This document shows, one piece after another, positions 31,189-40,774 of a stretch of DNA of 64,000 nucleotides. A program made the translations under genes and the position numbers. Source of the stretch: Promethearchaeota archaeon. GTDB lineage: Archaea > Asgardarchaeota > Lokiarchaeia > Sigyniarchaeales > SOKP01. The notes under the pieces were generated by a model. It did no database searches. It saw only the letters and a program-made list of their open reading frames with translations, and was not told the DNA's origin. The stretch spans positions 224,001 to 288,000 of the forward strand of contig JAUVNS010000001.1 in assembly GCA_030599585.1 (NCBI GenBank), in the 5' to 3' direction. Numbering within the stretch: the stretch's first letter is position 1; the number at the start of each line of letters is the position of its first letter.

Positions 31189-31205
31189 GTAATAAAAAGA
31201 AAAAA
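31189..31205 (-). promoter_or_regulatory. Pyrimidine-BRE/TATA element
   Basis: TTTTTTCTTTTTATTAC about 20 nt before ATG 31168. Confidence 0.5.
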
Positions 31206-31249
31206 TTTTATTGACGGAGAAAAAATGAAAAAAAAGGAGAAAAAACTAT

Positions 31250-34222
31250 TTATTTTTTTGAGGATTGCTTACTTTTGAATTTTTTAGAGCGAATTGCTTT
31301 ATAAGTACCAAGTAAAGGTATCGTAGCGGCGCCTACCATCCCGAATGCTAAAGGAAGGGTCACGGTAGCATCTCCCCCGTATAGGTTATTAGGATCGTCC
31401 TCAGGATCTGGGTCGGGATCTGGATCTGGATCCGGAGTGGTGTTAGGATCTTTGTAGTCAAAAGTAGCAGTGCAGATAAACTGAGGATTGGAGAGATAAG
31501 GATCGTTAAGGTAGAATTCAAAGGTATAGTTTCCGAAATAAATCGGTGAATAATTAAAAGTGAACATCGAGTTCTCTAAGTTGTGAGAGGTTAACAAATC
31601 GATAACATCCACGTAATCACCGTCGCGATATATATTGGCATACATCGAGCCTCCGAAAATTGGTTCGTTTCCTGAAATAAATATATGGCGCCCATAAACA
31701 TTAACTTCAATCCGAGATTCAGTCTTTGCGATCGAATAGGTAAACTGAGAATCAAATTCGGTGCTAAAAGAGAAAGGAACGCTTCCTTTTTTTATAGCAC
31801 CATCATACACACATAACTCCCCTTCGACAATCGGATAATTAGCTGTATCAATGGGGATATATACTTCTTTTTGATAGGTATAATTTCCTAATTGATCCAG
31901 TACGATATTTCCTAACTGTGCCGACTCGATTTTAACCGTGGTATATTGTCCAAAATCTGAAAGAATGAGATTTACAAGTTCAACAGTAAACAAATTGTTA
32001 CTTCCTAATCCAACTGTATCGTAATAAGAAGCGCTCAATCTCACATCGTCAGTTTTTGCTATTTCACAGAACCACATGAACACATCGTGATCCAGCTCTT
32101 TTCTTTCGGCCGATAAATAGAATTCGTTGTATGTATCAGAATAAATGCTTTGAACGAGCAAATGGGTTTGTTCAACATCGAAATTAATGTTCAGGTCCAA
32201 ATATTCCGAAATTTTGTAGCTGTAATAGAGATTTTTTGCGTTCGAATAGTTGAGATGGTTTACCACGAAATTTTTAATTTTAATGACATCCAAGCTAAAT
32301 TGATCGATAGCGTTTAAAACATATATAGCATAATATAAATTCTCTAAAGTTAATTCCACGTCGGCTGAATATTTGGAGTCAAAAAATAACTCAAGTGGAG
32401 TCTCTACAATATTTCTTACAATGTAAGTTGCCAGTGCGGTTTTATCGAACCCTAAATCAGCGAAATATTGTCCCGTTACATTTCCTAACCCTAGAAATTG
32501 GCTAATAATTTCCATTGTTTGTATAGCGTAATAAGAATACTTCAGGTAAACTAACTCGTTTTTCCACTCGGATGAAGACCCTATATTAATATTTATTAAA
32601 AAACCACCAAAGTTATCGGTATAGCTTGGATCAAGGAATTGAGAATTGACAACTTCTTGTAAAACAATATTGATATCAAATTGAGAGGCAAAGTCGTTTA
32701 ATTTAAAAATTTTCTTCAACGAGTCAAGAGATTTGAAAATATTTTGATGGGAGCCTATGGAATTTATTTCGTCCACGAATTCGTGGTATCCGGCGGTTTC
32801 ATAATCGAAAGGTTTCGAGCGAAAACTCGCCTTCTCCAAATCCATACCGGTGCAAGAAAAGAAATCGTAATTACCCCAACGTTCTACTACAGTACCTACG
32901 AGTAAATCGTATATCGATTGAATGTTAAGTTCTCCAATTTTCCCGAAGTACTCATATGATGACACTAAGCTGTGGATTAAGTCTACAGAAGTGTAATCCT
33001 CTGAAAGCAAAGAATATCCGCGTTCTTGAGCAAACAAGGCGATAAACGAAGAAATCTCGTCTTTATCACCTAATGACAATTCTAAGATTTCACCCGTGCC
33101 CGAAAGTGACCTTACAATTTGGAACGTGTCAATAAGTTCGTGATATTTCACTGAAGTTGAAGCTTCCCATCCCCCAAAATATTTTCGATTGTTAAGTAAA
33201 AAAGATTTGACCTCGCTTCTTTCAAAAGACCCAAAACCTGTCATATCTGCTAATTCTAAATTGATCGCTGTAGAAACTATATTAGAATAGTTATCCACCC
33301 ACATAGAATCTGAGATGTCAAAATAAGCCCCTTCAGAATGATATAATGTTGTAAGGTGCTGGTGAAACTTGGTTGTATCTATTATATCTATATAACTGCT
33401 TCCGAAAATTTCCAGAGTCTTTAAGCAATAATAAGAAGCAAATTGGTTCGGTTCTGGCTCCATTAGTGAGTCAAACAAGCCATCATTATCGTTATAAAAG
33501 CCCGTAGAAGAGCCCAACGATTGTAAACCGTCAATGTAGAACGTAATATCGCCCCTCTCCTGCGAGCGTAAATTCCAATCAACCCCTAAAGTATCTAAAG
33601 TAATTACGGCGTAATAGGTATTGTCGGCAGTAGGAATTTTAAATCCATCTTCTAACGAGTTATCGTAAGGTTGTCCAATAAATCCGTGTAGACCTTGATG
33701 ATAACAACTCCAAATAAAGTCAAGCATACTCGCAATATTTATTGAATTGACACTATTCAAGATTTCTAACGAAAGAACTGCGTAACAATTAACTTGTAAA
33801 AGCGTGGACAAAGGATAATATCTTCCCTCTATTTTTGAAGCAAAGTATCTCTGAGTGTTCTCGTCCGAAAAGATGTAAGAACTAGAGTTGTAAAACGACA
33901 AGATATAGTCGATTACCGCTTGTTGATCAATATCTCCCAGCTTTCCTATAGCGTCTAAAACATATAGCGCGTAATAAGTAGCTTGAAGAGAGCTAGAATA
34001 AATCTGAGGATAATAACCATAGGCAGCGTAATCGGCGTTTTTTGCATCAAAAACTGCTTGCAACATCTCCAGACTCGAGACATCAGAGGACTCCAGCAGG
34101 TCTAAATTCTCGTTTACTCTATCGCTAGGATTCGCAACAGATTTTATACCTATTGTAGAAAAATAAGCTAAAATTACAATTAAAACAACACTAACTAAAA
34201 CTTGGGGTTTTTTCCATTTCAT
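31250..34222 (-). CDS. Large surface protein with prenyltransferase/squalene-cyclase-type alpha-alpha barrel repeats
   Basis: Signal peptide; repeated (T/S)YYA..(T/V)L..(L/I)G units and GF/GGF turns; PD linker; TM and basic tail. Confidence 0.75.
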   Translation of the reverse strand: MKWKKPQVLVSVVLIVILAYFSTIGIKSVANPSDRVNENLDLLESSDVSSLEMLQAVFDAKNADYAAYGYYPQIYSSSLQATYYALYVLDAIGKLGDIDQQAVIDYILSFYNSSSYIFSDENTQRYFASKIEGRYYPLSTLLQVNCYAVLSLEILNSVNSINIASMLDFIWSCYHQGLHGFIGQPYDNSLEDGFKIPTADNTYYAVITLDTLGVDWNLRSQERGDITFYIDGLQSLGSSTGFYNDNDGLFDSLMEPEPNQFASYYCLKTLEIFGSSYIDIIDTTKFHQHLTTLYHSEGAYFDISDSMWVDNYSNIVSTAINLELADMTGFGSFERSEVKSFLLNNRKYFGGWEASTSVKYHELIDTFQIVRSLSGTGEILELSLGDKDEISSFIALFAQERGYSLLSEDYTSVDLIHSLVSSYEYFGKIGELNIQSIYDLLVGTVVERWGNYDFFSCTGMDLEKASFRSKPFDYETAGYHEFVDEINSIGSHQNIFKSLDSLKKIFKLNDFASQFDINIVLQEVVNSQFLDPSYTDNFGGFLININIGSSSEWKNELVYLKYSYYAIQTMEIISQFLGLGNVTGQYFADLGFDKTALATYIVRNIVETPLELFFDSKYSADVELTLENLYYAIYVLNAIDQFSLDVIKIKNFVVNHLNYSNAKNLYYSYKISEYLDLNINFDVEQTHLLVQSIYSDTYNEFYLSAERKELDHDVFMWFCEIAKTDDVRLSASYYDTVGLGSNNLFTVELVNLILSDFGQYTTVKIESAQLGNIVLDQLGNYTYQKEVYIPIDTANYPIVEGELCVYDGAIKKGSVPFSFSTEFDSQFTYSIAKTESRIEVNVYGRHIFISGNEPIFGGSMYANIYRDGDYVDVIDLLTSHNLENSMFTFNYSPIYFGNYTFEFYLNDPYLSNPQFICTATFDYKDPNTTPDPDPDPDPDPEDDPNNLYGGDATVTLPLAFGMVGAATIPLLGTYKAIRSKKFKSKQSSKK

Positions 34223-34275
34223 TATACTTCACGCAAAGTCTATTATAAAAGCTTTGCATTCCCCATCTACCAAAA

Positions 34276-34291
34276 TTATATAAAGAAAAAA
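34276..34291 (-). promoter_or_regulatory. Pyrimidine-BRE/TATA element
   Basis: TTTTTTCTTTATATAA; divergent region. Confidence 0.65.
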
Positions 34292-34415
34292 TTAGTGGTA
34301 TTAATTGAAAATTTCTTGGTTATGCCTTTAAACTTATAATAATGAAGGAAATCATTTAAATCCATTAATGAATGGAATAATACTAATTGATGATTAAAAA
34401 GAAATTTGGTTGTGA

Positions 34416-34922
34416 ATGAATATGGTTGTGCTATGGATAAAATGTCCCTATAATAATTCAGTAATAAATTTTGCTTCGAGGTTAGGTCTGATGGCTCTTG
34501 GTACCGTGGGGATAATCTTTTTCAATTTATGGGTTGCTGTCGTGTATTTGTTGTATTCTGTGTTGTTTAACTTTCTATTATTTCCGACTAAGCATTGTCA
34601 ATATTGTTATTACGCAGTAAAGGAAACTACAACCGATAGTAAGACAGGGAAGACTATTGAGAAACTATTACCTAAAGATCAATGGGTAGAATCATGTTTA
34701 GAGAAGCATGTAGAATGCGGGAAGAAATGGTCAAAAGGTTTTTACATCCTCTGGTTTGTTCCAATTATTTTATTAATCGTTTCGTTCTTCATTAGTTTTT
34801 CTGTGTTTGCTTTACTCTCTTTAATTGGCTTTATAGCAGTGTTAGCACTAATGCTGTATTATACTAGAATGAAAATCTGTCCAAGATGCGAAATTATGGA
34901 AGAATGCCATTCATCTTTTTAA
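34416..34922 (+). CDS. Cys-rich membrane protein
   Basis: 4 TM, HCQYCYY and CPRC..C motifs. Confidence 0.7.
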   Translation: MNMVVLWIKCPYNNSVINFASRLGLMALGTVGIIFFNLWVAVVYLLYSVLFNFLLFPTKHCQYCYYAVKETTTDSKTGKTIEKLLPKDQWVESCLEKHVECGKKWSKGFYILWFVPIILLIVSFFISFSVFALLSLIGFIAVLALMLYYTRMKICPRCEIMEECHSSF

Positions 34923-34929
34923 CCCTAAA

Positions 34930-35847
34930 TTGGTGAAAAAAATGGAAAAAATGAAAGCGATCGTATGCAAAAAATACGGATCTCCAGACGGTCTTCAACT
35001 TGAAGAGGTAGATAAACCTACCCCAAAGGACAACGAAGTTCTGATAAAAATTCATGCAACAACAGTAACCTTTGGGGACGCGATGCTTCGAAAGCTCAAA
35101 TTCCCTCTTAGATTAATATTTGGTCTCAGAAAAAATGGTATACTTGGGCACGAATTGGCGGGTGTAATTGAAGCAGTAGGTAAAGATGTGACAACTTTTA
35201 AGAAAGGTGACCAAATTTTTGCATCTACGGGTATGCGAGGGGGTACTCATGCCGAGTACATCTGCTTGCCTGAAGATGGACATATTGCAGTATAACCAGC
35301 AAACATGACCTACGAGGAAGCCGCTGCCGTTCCTGTTGGGGGAAATACAGCATTGGACATTCTTAAGAGGGGTAAGATCGAGAACGGACAAAAAGTCCTT
35401 ATCTATGGCGCTTCTGGAAGTGTAGGCACTTATGCGGTGCAACTTGCCAAGTACGCCTTTGGAGCAAATGTTACTGGAGTCTGTAGTACTACAAATCTAG
35501 AATTGGTGAAGTCTCTAGGAGCTGATAAGGTAATTGATTACACTAAGGAGGATTTTACCCAAAATAGTGAGAAATACGACGTTATCTTTGATGCTGTAAG
35601 AAAGCTTTCGTCCTCACGGAGTAAAAATTCGCTAAGGACAAACGGATCCTATCTCTCCGTTCGATCTTCCACAAAAGACAATGTTGAAAATTTAATTTTC
35701 CTCAAAGAACTTATTGAGCTGGGTAAGCTAAGAGCTGTTATAGATAAAACCTATCCATTTGAACAACTCCCCGATGCTCATAGGTATGTTGACAAAGGGC
35801 ACAAAAAAGGCAATGTAGTAATAACTGTGGAACATAACAGCAGTTAA
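34930..35847 (+). pseudogene. MDR-family NAD(P)-dependent oxidoreductase interrupted by an in-frame TAA
   Basis: [22 protein letters not shown]; both halves in the same frame, with GTA-TAA-CCA-GCA-AAC-ATG where the family has xKPxNM. Confidence 0.85.
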
Positions 35848-35931
35848 GAAATAGGGTTATCATCGTAAATTATAGAAAGAGTAAAAAAAAAATAAAAAAT
35901 AGAAATTTTGACATTCAATCAAAAGTCATCG

Positions 35932-37212
35932 TCAACAAAGCACGGGTGGACCCTTTGAATTGTAATATTTCCATAGTTCTACATTTACAAGCTCCTGTTC
36001 GTCAAGTATCTCGTTTTTGTCTGAAGCATAAAATTCTTTAGAGTTGAGTTGATGATTGGTGGTAAATTTATCTTGTTTATTGGTAATTGAGGCAACTAAA
36101 TACCCGCTTGCTTCTTTTATAAATAGAAGATGCTCTTTGCTCCCATTTAGGGAATTGTATACTTGATTAGCGTTTCCTAGTATTAATTGGACGATGTCGA
36201 CATTTTCAGGCGATTCTTCAATCGAAACTTCAATTGGATCGATAAAACCAGGGTCAAGCACGCCTAATTTTTGCATAACTTTTTTTAACAATACCGCCGA
36301 TTTTACAAGGGTTTTGAAACCAGGAACTTTAAACCTTTGAATGACTCGCCTCTCTACTTGCCGGTGAATCGTTGACATTTTAATCCCTAATTGGTCACAA
36401 ATTGCACATACGCTCACTTCTTTTTTCTGGGAGCAGAGGAGTGTAATAGAAGTCACTAATCCAACAATAACATCGTCTTTAGTGTTTTTAATTGAATCGT
36501 AAAACCTGTTTAATATCCGTCGTGATTGGTAGTAAAATGGCATACCTAATTTAAAGTGCTCACTCACTTCTAAAATCCGTTCGATTATGTATTGTTTGCG
36601 ATCGCGCTCTTGATATTCGGGCCATATGCGAATAATCGAGAATTTAAAGGCGTTAAAGTCTTTCTTTGAAATTTTTGAAACCTCTAATAGGTCTTTTTCG
36701 CGAACGGGCTTGTTATTCTCTTTGTAGTAAGCATAGATCACGCAAGGTACGAGCATTTCCGCACTTCTGTATTTAGTGCCCTTGCCTAATTGAGCGCGAT
36801 TCTCTTTAAATTTACCTAAAATTACATTAAAATCATTGAGTGAGAAACCTAAAGCGGTTAATATCCTTTTAATCTCAACCTTAGCTGTGATTAAGACATT
36901 TTCTTCAGTCGAACGAGACGCATCAATCCGACTGAGCCCTTCTAACTTGGCAGAATATTGTGATTTACGCCTTTCGGATTTGAAACCAATCTGAGTTTTA
37001 CTTAATACCGCATGTTGAACGACGTCAGCATCGTAGGGCCTATGATATTCTAACTTTTGTGCCTCTAACACTATCCCGCATTCTCGGCAAGTAAATCCTT
37101 CGTGAGTTTCCACAATATCCTGTGATCCACAGATATCACACTGGTAAAATGGATCAAACATAGAAATCGTCTTTAACGATTTTGCTTTATCCATGTTTTT
37201 GGTTGTTGCCAT
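35932..37212 (-). CDS. Divergent transcription initiation factor B (TFB) paralog
   Basis: Zn ribbon CDICGS...TCRECGIVL, AKVEIKRILTALG, two cyclin-like repeats, C-terminal HTH, about 100-aa tail. Confidence 0.82.
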   Translation of the reverse strand: MATTKNMDKAKSLKTISMFDPFYQCDICGSQDIVETHEGFTCRECGIVLEAQKLEYHRPYDADVVQHAVLSKTQIGFKSERRKSQYSAKLEGLSRIDASRSTEENVLITAKVEIKRILTALGFSLNDFNVILGKFKENRAQLGKGTKYRSAEMLVPCVIYAYYKENNKPVREKDLLEVSKISKKDFNAFKFSIIRIWPEYQERDRKQYIIERILEVSEHFKLGMPFYYQSRRILNRFYDSIKNTKDDVIVGLVTSITLLCSQKKEVSVCAICDQLGIKMSTIHRQVERRVIQRFKVPGFKTLVKSAVLLKKVMQKLGVLDPGFIDPIEVSIEESPENVDIVQLILGNANQVYNSLNGSKEHLLFIKEASGYLVASITNKQDKFTTNHQLNSKEFYASDKNEILDEQELVNVELWKYYNSKGPPVLC

Positions 37213-37842
37213 TTTTTTCCAACTTTTTTATAATTTTTTTGAAAAATATCGATTATATTTTAATTACAAAGAATAAAGATCACCAGTTTGCTTTATGAAG
37301 ATATGGTTTTATGAAAAATCTCTAAAATTGTGGGATATAATCAAATGAATAGCGAAAAATAAAGCTGAATCGGTAAATAAACTTTAATTAATTCATGGGT
37401 TAATATGATAACATTCTACATGTAGAAGATTAAGCATGTATTTTTTCATCAAAATCACAATTTCGCAATTTTATTCCGAACAAGGAGAATTTTTGAATCG
37501 CAGGTGCTGAGGTTACAGCCTAAATAAGGAATATGAAGAGATTTGTAATGGAAATTTTGATTAAATACATATATTTATTTGTCTTTTAATCTGAATATAT
37601 CAATAATAACAATAGATTTAGAACTCAACTGAATTAAAGATAATTTTAATAGATTTTTGAAATTGGGTTAATTATCTTCGACTTTTCTTAAGTCTCCCGT
37701 TGAAAGTTCTTTATTGAAACTCACTTTTATTCTTACATTTATCTTATCCATAAATTTCTTTTTAAACACCTCTTAAAATTAATGTTTAGTCTAATGAGGA
37801 AATCAAAGAAAGAGTTAATTTATCACTTTTTTTGACATTAAA

Positions 37843-37858
37843 TTTTTCTTTTAAATAC
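37843..37858 (+). promoter_or_regulatory. Pyrimidine-BRE/TATA element
   Basis: TTTTTCTTTTAAATAC 26 nt before ATG 37885; divergent from TFB. Confidence 0.7.
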
Positions 37859-37884
37859 ATTCCAATAATAGTAAAGATATAATC

Positions 37885-38652
37885 ATGATTGAATTGTATT
37901 TTTGGCTTCTCGTTATGTTAGGGTTTTCGATGTTGGCTCAGATTTTTTACCGCTATGCCCGAACACCTGGATATAAAGCGGTGTTTAATGTCATAGCTTT
38001 CATTGGAATAGCTGTTCACGAGATGGCCCACTATACACTGGGAACATTATTCGGTGCGAATCCCAGTAAAATGCGGGTGAAATATCGAAGCGATGATAAA
38101 TCAATAGTTGCTCCCCACGGATCAGTCAAATTTCCGGAGATCCAACGATCTTCACTCTTGCAGATTTTTACGATTAGTTTTGCTCCTTTATTGGTATCCA
38201 CATTTCTATTAATGCTTTGCTTGGATGTAATCTTTAACATACAGACCGAATTGTGGGTAAAAGTGGTAGCAATAGTTTTCAGCATCTCGTTAATTATTGG
38301 CTCTGAACCATCAGGTCAAGATATCAAGCAAATAGGCTATTCCTTTCAAAGAGATCCTCGTTATTCTGCTTATCAAATATTCCTGCTAGTGTTATCAGGA
38401 GTATTGGTGTGGTTATTTGTAGATATATATTATTTTGCTCTTCCTTTTGAGGTACTTTATTATATCGGATATTTTATTGTTCTCACTTCTTTTTACTTTA
38501 CGCTGAAAGGAACTTTTTGGATAGTTGGTAGAACTGCTAAAGGAATAGCCAAGAAAATGGGAAAAGTTCAGGTGGCGAGTCCGAAATTTCTTACTCGAAG
38601 GAGGAGGTTTATACACATAAAAGACCCAAACGAAAGAGAGGTGCAATGGTAA
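37885..38652 (+). CDS. Membrane zinc metalloprotease, M50B-like
   Basis: VHEMAH (HExxH), ISFAPL, PSGQD, multiple TM. Confidence 0.75.
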   Translation: MIELYFWLLVMLGFSMLAQIFYRYARTPGYKAVFNVIAFIGIAVHEMAHYTLGTLFGANPSKMRVKYRSDDKSIVAPHGSVKFPEIQRSSLLQIFTISFAPLLVSTFLLMLCLDVIFNIQTELWVKVVAIVFSISLIIGSEPSGQDIKQIGYSFQRDPRYSAYQIFLLVLSGVLVWLFVDIYYFALPFEVLYYIGYFIVLTSFYFTLKGTFWIVGRTAKGIAKKMGKVQVASPKFLTRRRRFIHIKDPNEREVQW

Positions 38653-38999
38653 ATATGAAAGGATTTTGCTTAATCGCAATAGCAGTTGCGATGTTAATGT
38701 TCTACCAGAAGGAACCATTTTACACGGTAATTATTATCGGTATTGGGGTGGTAATCTATTTCGTTTACAAGGCGAAAAAAAACGGAAATGGGTTGCTCGG
38801 AGCGTTTTTTAGCGGAAATCAGTCTCCTCAAGATAGTAGACTAGACGATTTAATTGCTTTAATGATGCTCCAACAACTCTCCTCGACTAACTCCCAGAGC
38901 AGCAACGCCACTCAACAGATTTCCGAACAAGCTCGAAAACGACGGGAAGCAATCGATAAGACTCAAAAAGAAGTGTTAGACCTATTGAGCAGTGATTAA
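38646..38999 (+). CDS. Small membrane protein with coiled tail
   Basis: 2 N-terminal TM; overlaps upstream gene. Confidence 0.7.
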   Translation: MVNMKGFCLIAIAVAMLMFYQKEPFYTVIIIGIGVVIYFVYKAKKNGNGLLGAFFSGNQSPQDSRLDDLIALMMLQQLSSTNSQSSNATQQISEQARKRREAIDKTQKEVLDLLSSD

Positions 39000-39005
39000 A
39001 ACGCG

Positions 39006-39719
39006 ATGGAGCCAAGTGATCCTTTCAACATTACTTCTCTGTTCGATCTACTAAGGGAACGAAGAATAATCTCAATTTCGGGAGCGTCAAGCACGGGCAA
39101 AACGACATTAGCGCTTCAATTAGTTGCGTCTGTACTAAGTAGCGAGGATAATATCGATGAATGTTGCGTCTGGATACAGGCTAGCGAGCAATTCCCTAAA
39201 AAGCGACTCCACACTTTTTTTAAAAGTTCTCCTGGCAAGTTCGACTACCTCGTAAAAAAAATCTTTTTATATCCAGTGACGTCTCCTTTTTTGAGTTACG
39301 AAGATCAATCAGCCTTTTTAACAACAATAGGAAGTATTATCTTACCTTTTAACACCAAATATTTAGTAATCGACAACATCTCGCACCACTTACGGCTTGC
39401 CTCTTCTTGTTGTTCTAATTTCAAGCAAAAAACTGCGCTATTAGACAGATTTTTTAGCGCTCAACTGTTTCCCCTCATTATGCGCTGTCTAAGGGAAAAA
39501 ATCGTTCTAATTCTAATACACGAGGTCTCTTTTAACCCTAAATTGGGAAAGAATCAACCATTTTTTAATAAGTTGTATTCGAGGATCAACAGCGTAAATG
39601 TTAGTTTATCGAAGCCATTTAATTCCAAGACTAAGCGTATGAAAGTCGTATCGAAAAACAACAAGATCACGAGCGAGCTGAAATATCAAATCTTAGAAAG
39701 AGGGATTTCTTTAGTTTAG
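39006..39719 (+). CDS. RadB/Rad51-paralog-like RecA-fold ATPase
   Basis: SGASSTGKTT, VWIQASEQF, LVIDNIS; no N-terminal HhH. Confidence 0.75.
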   Translation: MEPSDPFNITSLFDLLRERRIISISGASSTGKTTLALQLVASVLSSEDNIDECCVWIQASEQFPKKRLHTFFKSSPGKFDYLVKKIFLYPVTSPFLSYEDQSAFLTTIGSIILPFNTKYLVIDNISHHLRLASSCCSNFKQKTALLDRFFSAQLFPLIMRCLREKIVLILIHEVSFNPKLGKNQPFFNKLYSRINSVNVSLSKPFNSKTKRMKVVSKNNKITSELKYQILERGISLV

Positions 39720-39765
39720 TATTAGGTCGTTATATAAAGCAAAAATTTTGCCATCCGATTTTTCC

Positions 39766-39780
39766 TTTTCCTTTAAATAG
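39766..39780 (+). promoter_or_regulatory. Pyrimidine-BRE/TATA element
   Basis: TTTTCCTTTAAATAG 21 nt before ATG 39802. Confidence 0.6.
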
Positions 39781-39801
39781 CTCTATTTTATAAGTATTAC
39801 G

Positions 39802-40188
39802 ATGATGATCAACACACCTGATCCTAAAATTTCTAATCAAATTAAATGTTCCATTTGCCGTGTCGACATTAAAGATCGCCACACATTGTATCAATCGAGC
39901 TTGAAATTGGGTGTGATCTGCAAACTTTGCCGAGAACGATTCTCTGAAGACGATATCGAGATGATCGTTAACATGTTTTTTGCGTTTGGTGGATTTTTTG
40001 GCCAATTCGAAAAATCCAAGTTTTCCATAGACGATACCATCGTAGAATTTGCAGAACAATTGGACACTAGCAACTCGACCTTTCACTTACAGAATGTGAA
40101 GATGTGGCACAAAATATTAACCCACGGTATCGCTCCTAAAGAGTTTTTAAGTGAGTTATCTACGTACATTGATCAAGGTTTTTTTTAG
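39802..40188 (+). CDS. CxxC..CxxC zinc-binding hypothetical protein, paralog of 10046
   Basis: CSIC...CKLC and NMFFAFGGFFG, HGIAP. Confidence 0.75.
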   Translation: MMINTPDPKISNQIKCSICRVDIKDRHTLYQSSLKLGVICKLCRERFSEDDIEMIVNMFFAFGGFFGQFEKSKFSIDDTIVEFAEQLDTSNSTFHLQNVKMWHKILTHGIAPKEFLSELSTYIDQGFF

Positions 40189-40306
40189 AGAAAAAAGAAT
40201 CTTAACTGATAACATAATTTTTATATTGATTTCTATCTCACTTCTATATTAACGATAATTAAATTATGATTCATAAATATTAATCGATTTATTTTTAAAA
40301 ATCAAG

Positions 40307-40702
40307 ATGTCAGACGAAGAACTCAGTAAGCAAATTACTAAAATAGCAGTAGAAATTGAGAAAGTGGACCAGACAGCGAAACAAAAAAAAAACTACTTTA
40401 CAAATAAATGTGATGAGGAATATGATCCTAAAATCAAGGATGTTGGGGAACGGTTGCTACATCACCAAACCGAATTAAATGAACTCCTCAAAAATCTTAA
40501 TGAATTAACAGCGAAAAAGAAGGAATTACTCACTATTACAAAGAAATTGGAATCAGAATACAACTCCTTGATAAAAGAGAAGGAAAAAATCTTTAACCAG
40601 AATATTAAAGCAATTGAAAAAGAAAGGAAAAGTAAAACGAAGGACATTGATACCAAAATTAAATTACTAGAGAAAGAATTGAAAACAAGTGAAAAAAAAT
40701 AA
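40307..40702 (+). CDS. Coiled-coil protein
   Basis: K/E-rich heptad pattern throughout. Confidence 0.7.
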   Translation: MSDEELSKQITKIAVEIEKVDQTAKQKKNYFTNKCDEEYDPKIKDVGERLLHHQTELNELLKNLNELTAKKKELLTITKKLESEYNSLIKEKEKIFNQNIKAIEKERKSKTKDIDTKIKLLEKELKTSEKK

Positions 40703-40774
40703 GCTTGTAGAGATTAAAGGGATAGAACATTCTAACGGGGATTTTTTATTTATAGAGATGATTAAAAAAAAAAG

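Noticed and set aside
31391-31436. Short GGATCT-type tandem repeat
   Set aside because: It simply encodes the Pro-Asp linker of the surface protein
15111-34222. Impression that motif-bearing genes are richer in CG-containing codons than the radical SAM gene inserted among them
   Set aside because: Cannot be quantified by eye and some metabolic genes look similar; needs a codon-usage calculation
35293-35295. Selenocysteine or pyrrolysine recoding
   Set aside because: The codon is TAA, not TGA or TAG, and the aligned residue is Lys
40307-40702. Coiled-coil protein as an ESCRT-III/Snf7 or prefoldin homolog
   Set aside because: Only generic K/E heptads; no family-specific motif recognised
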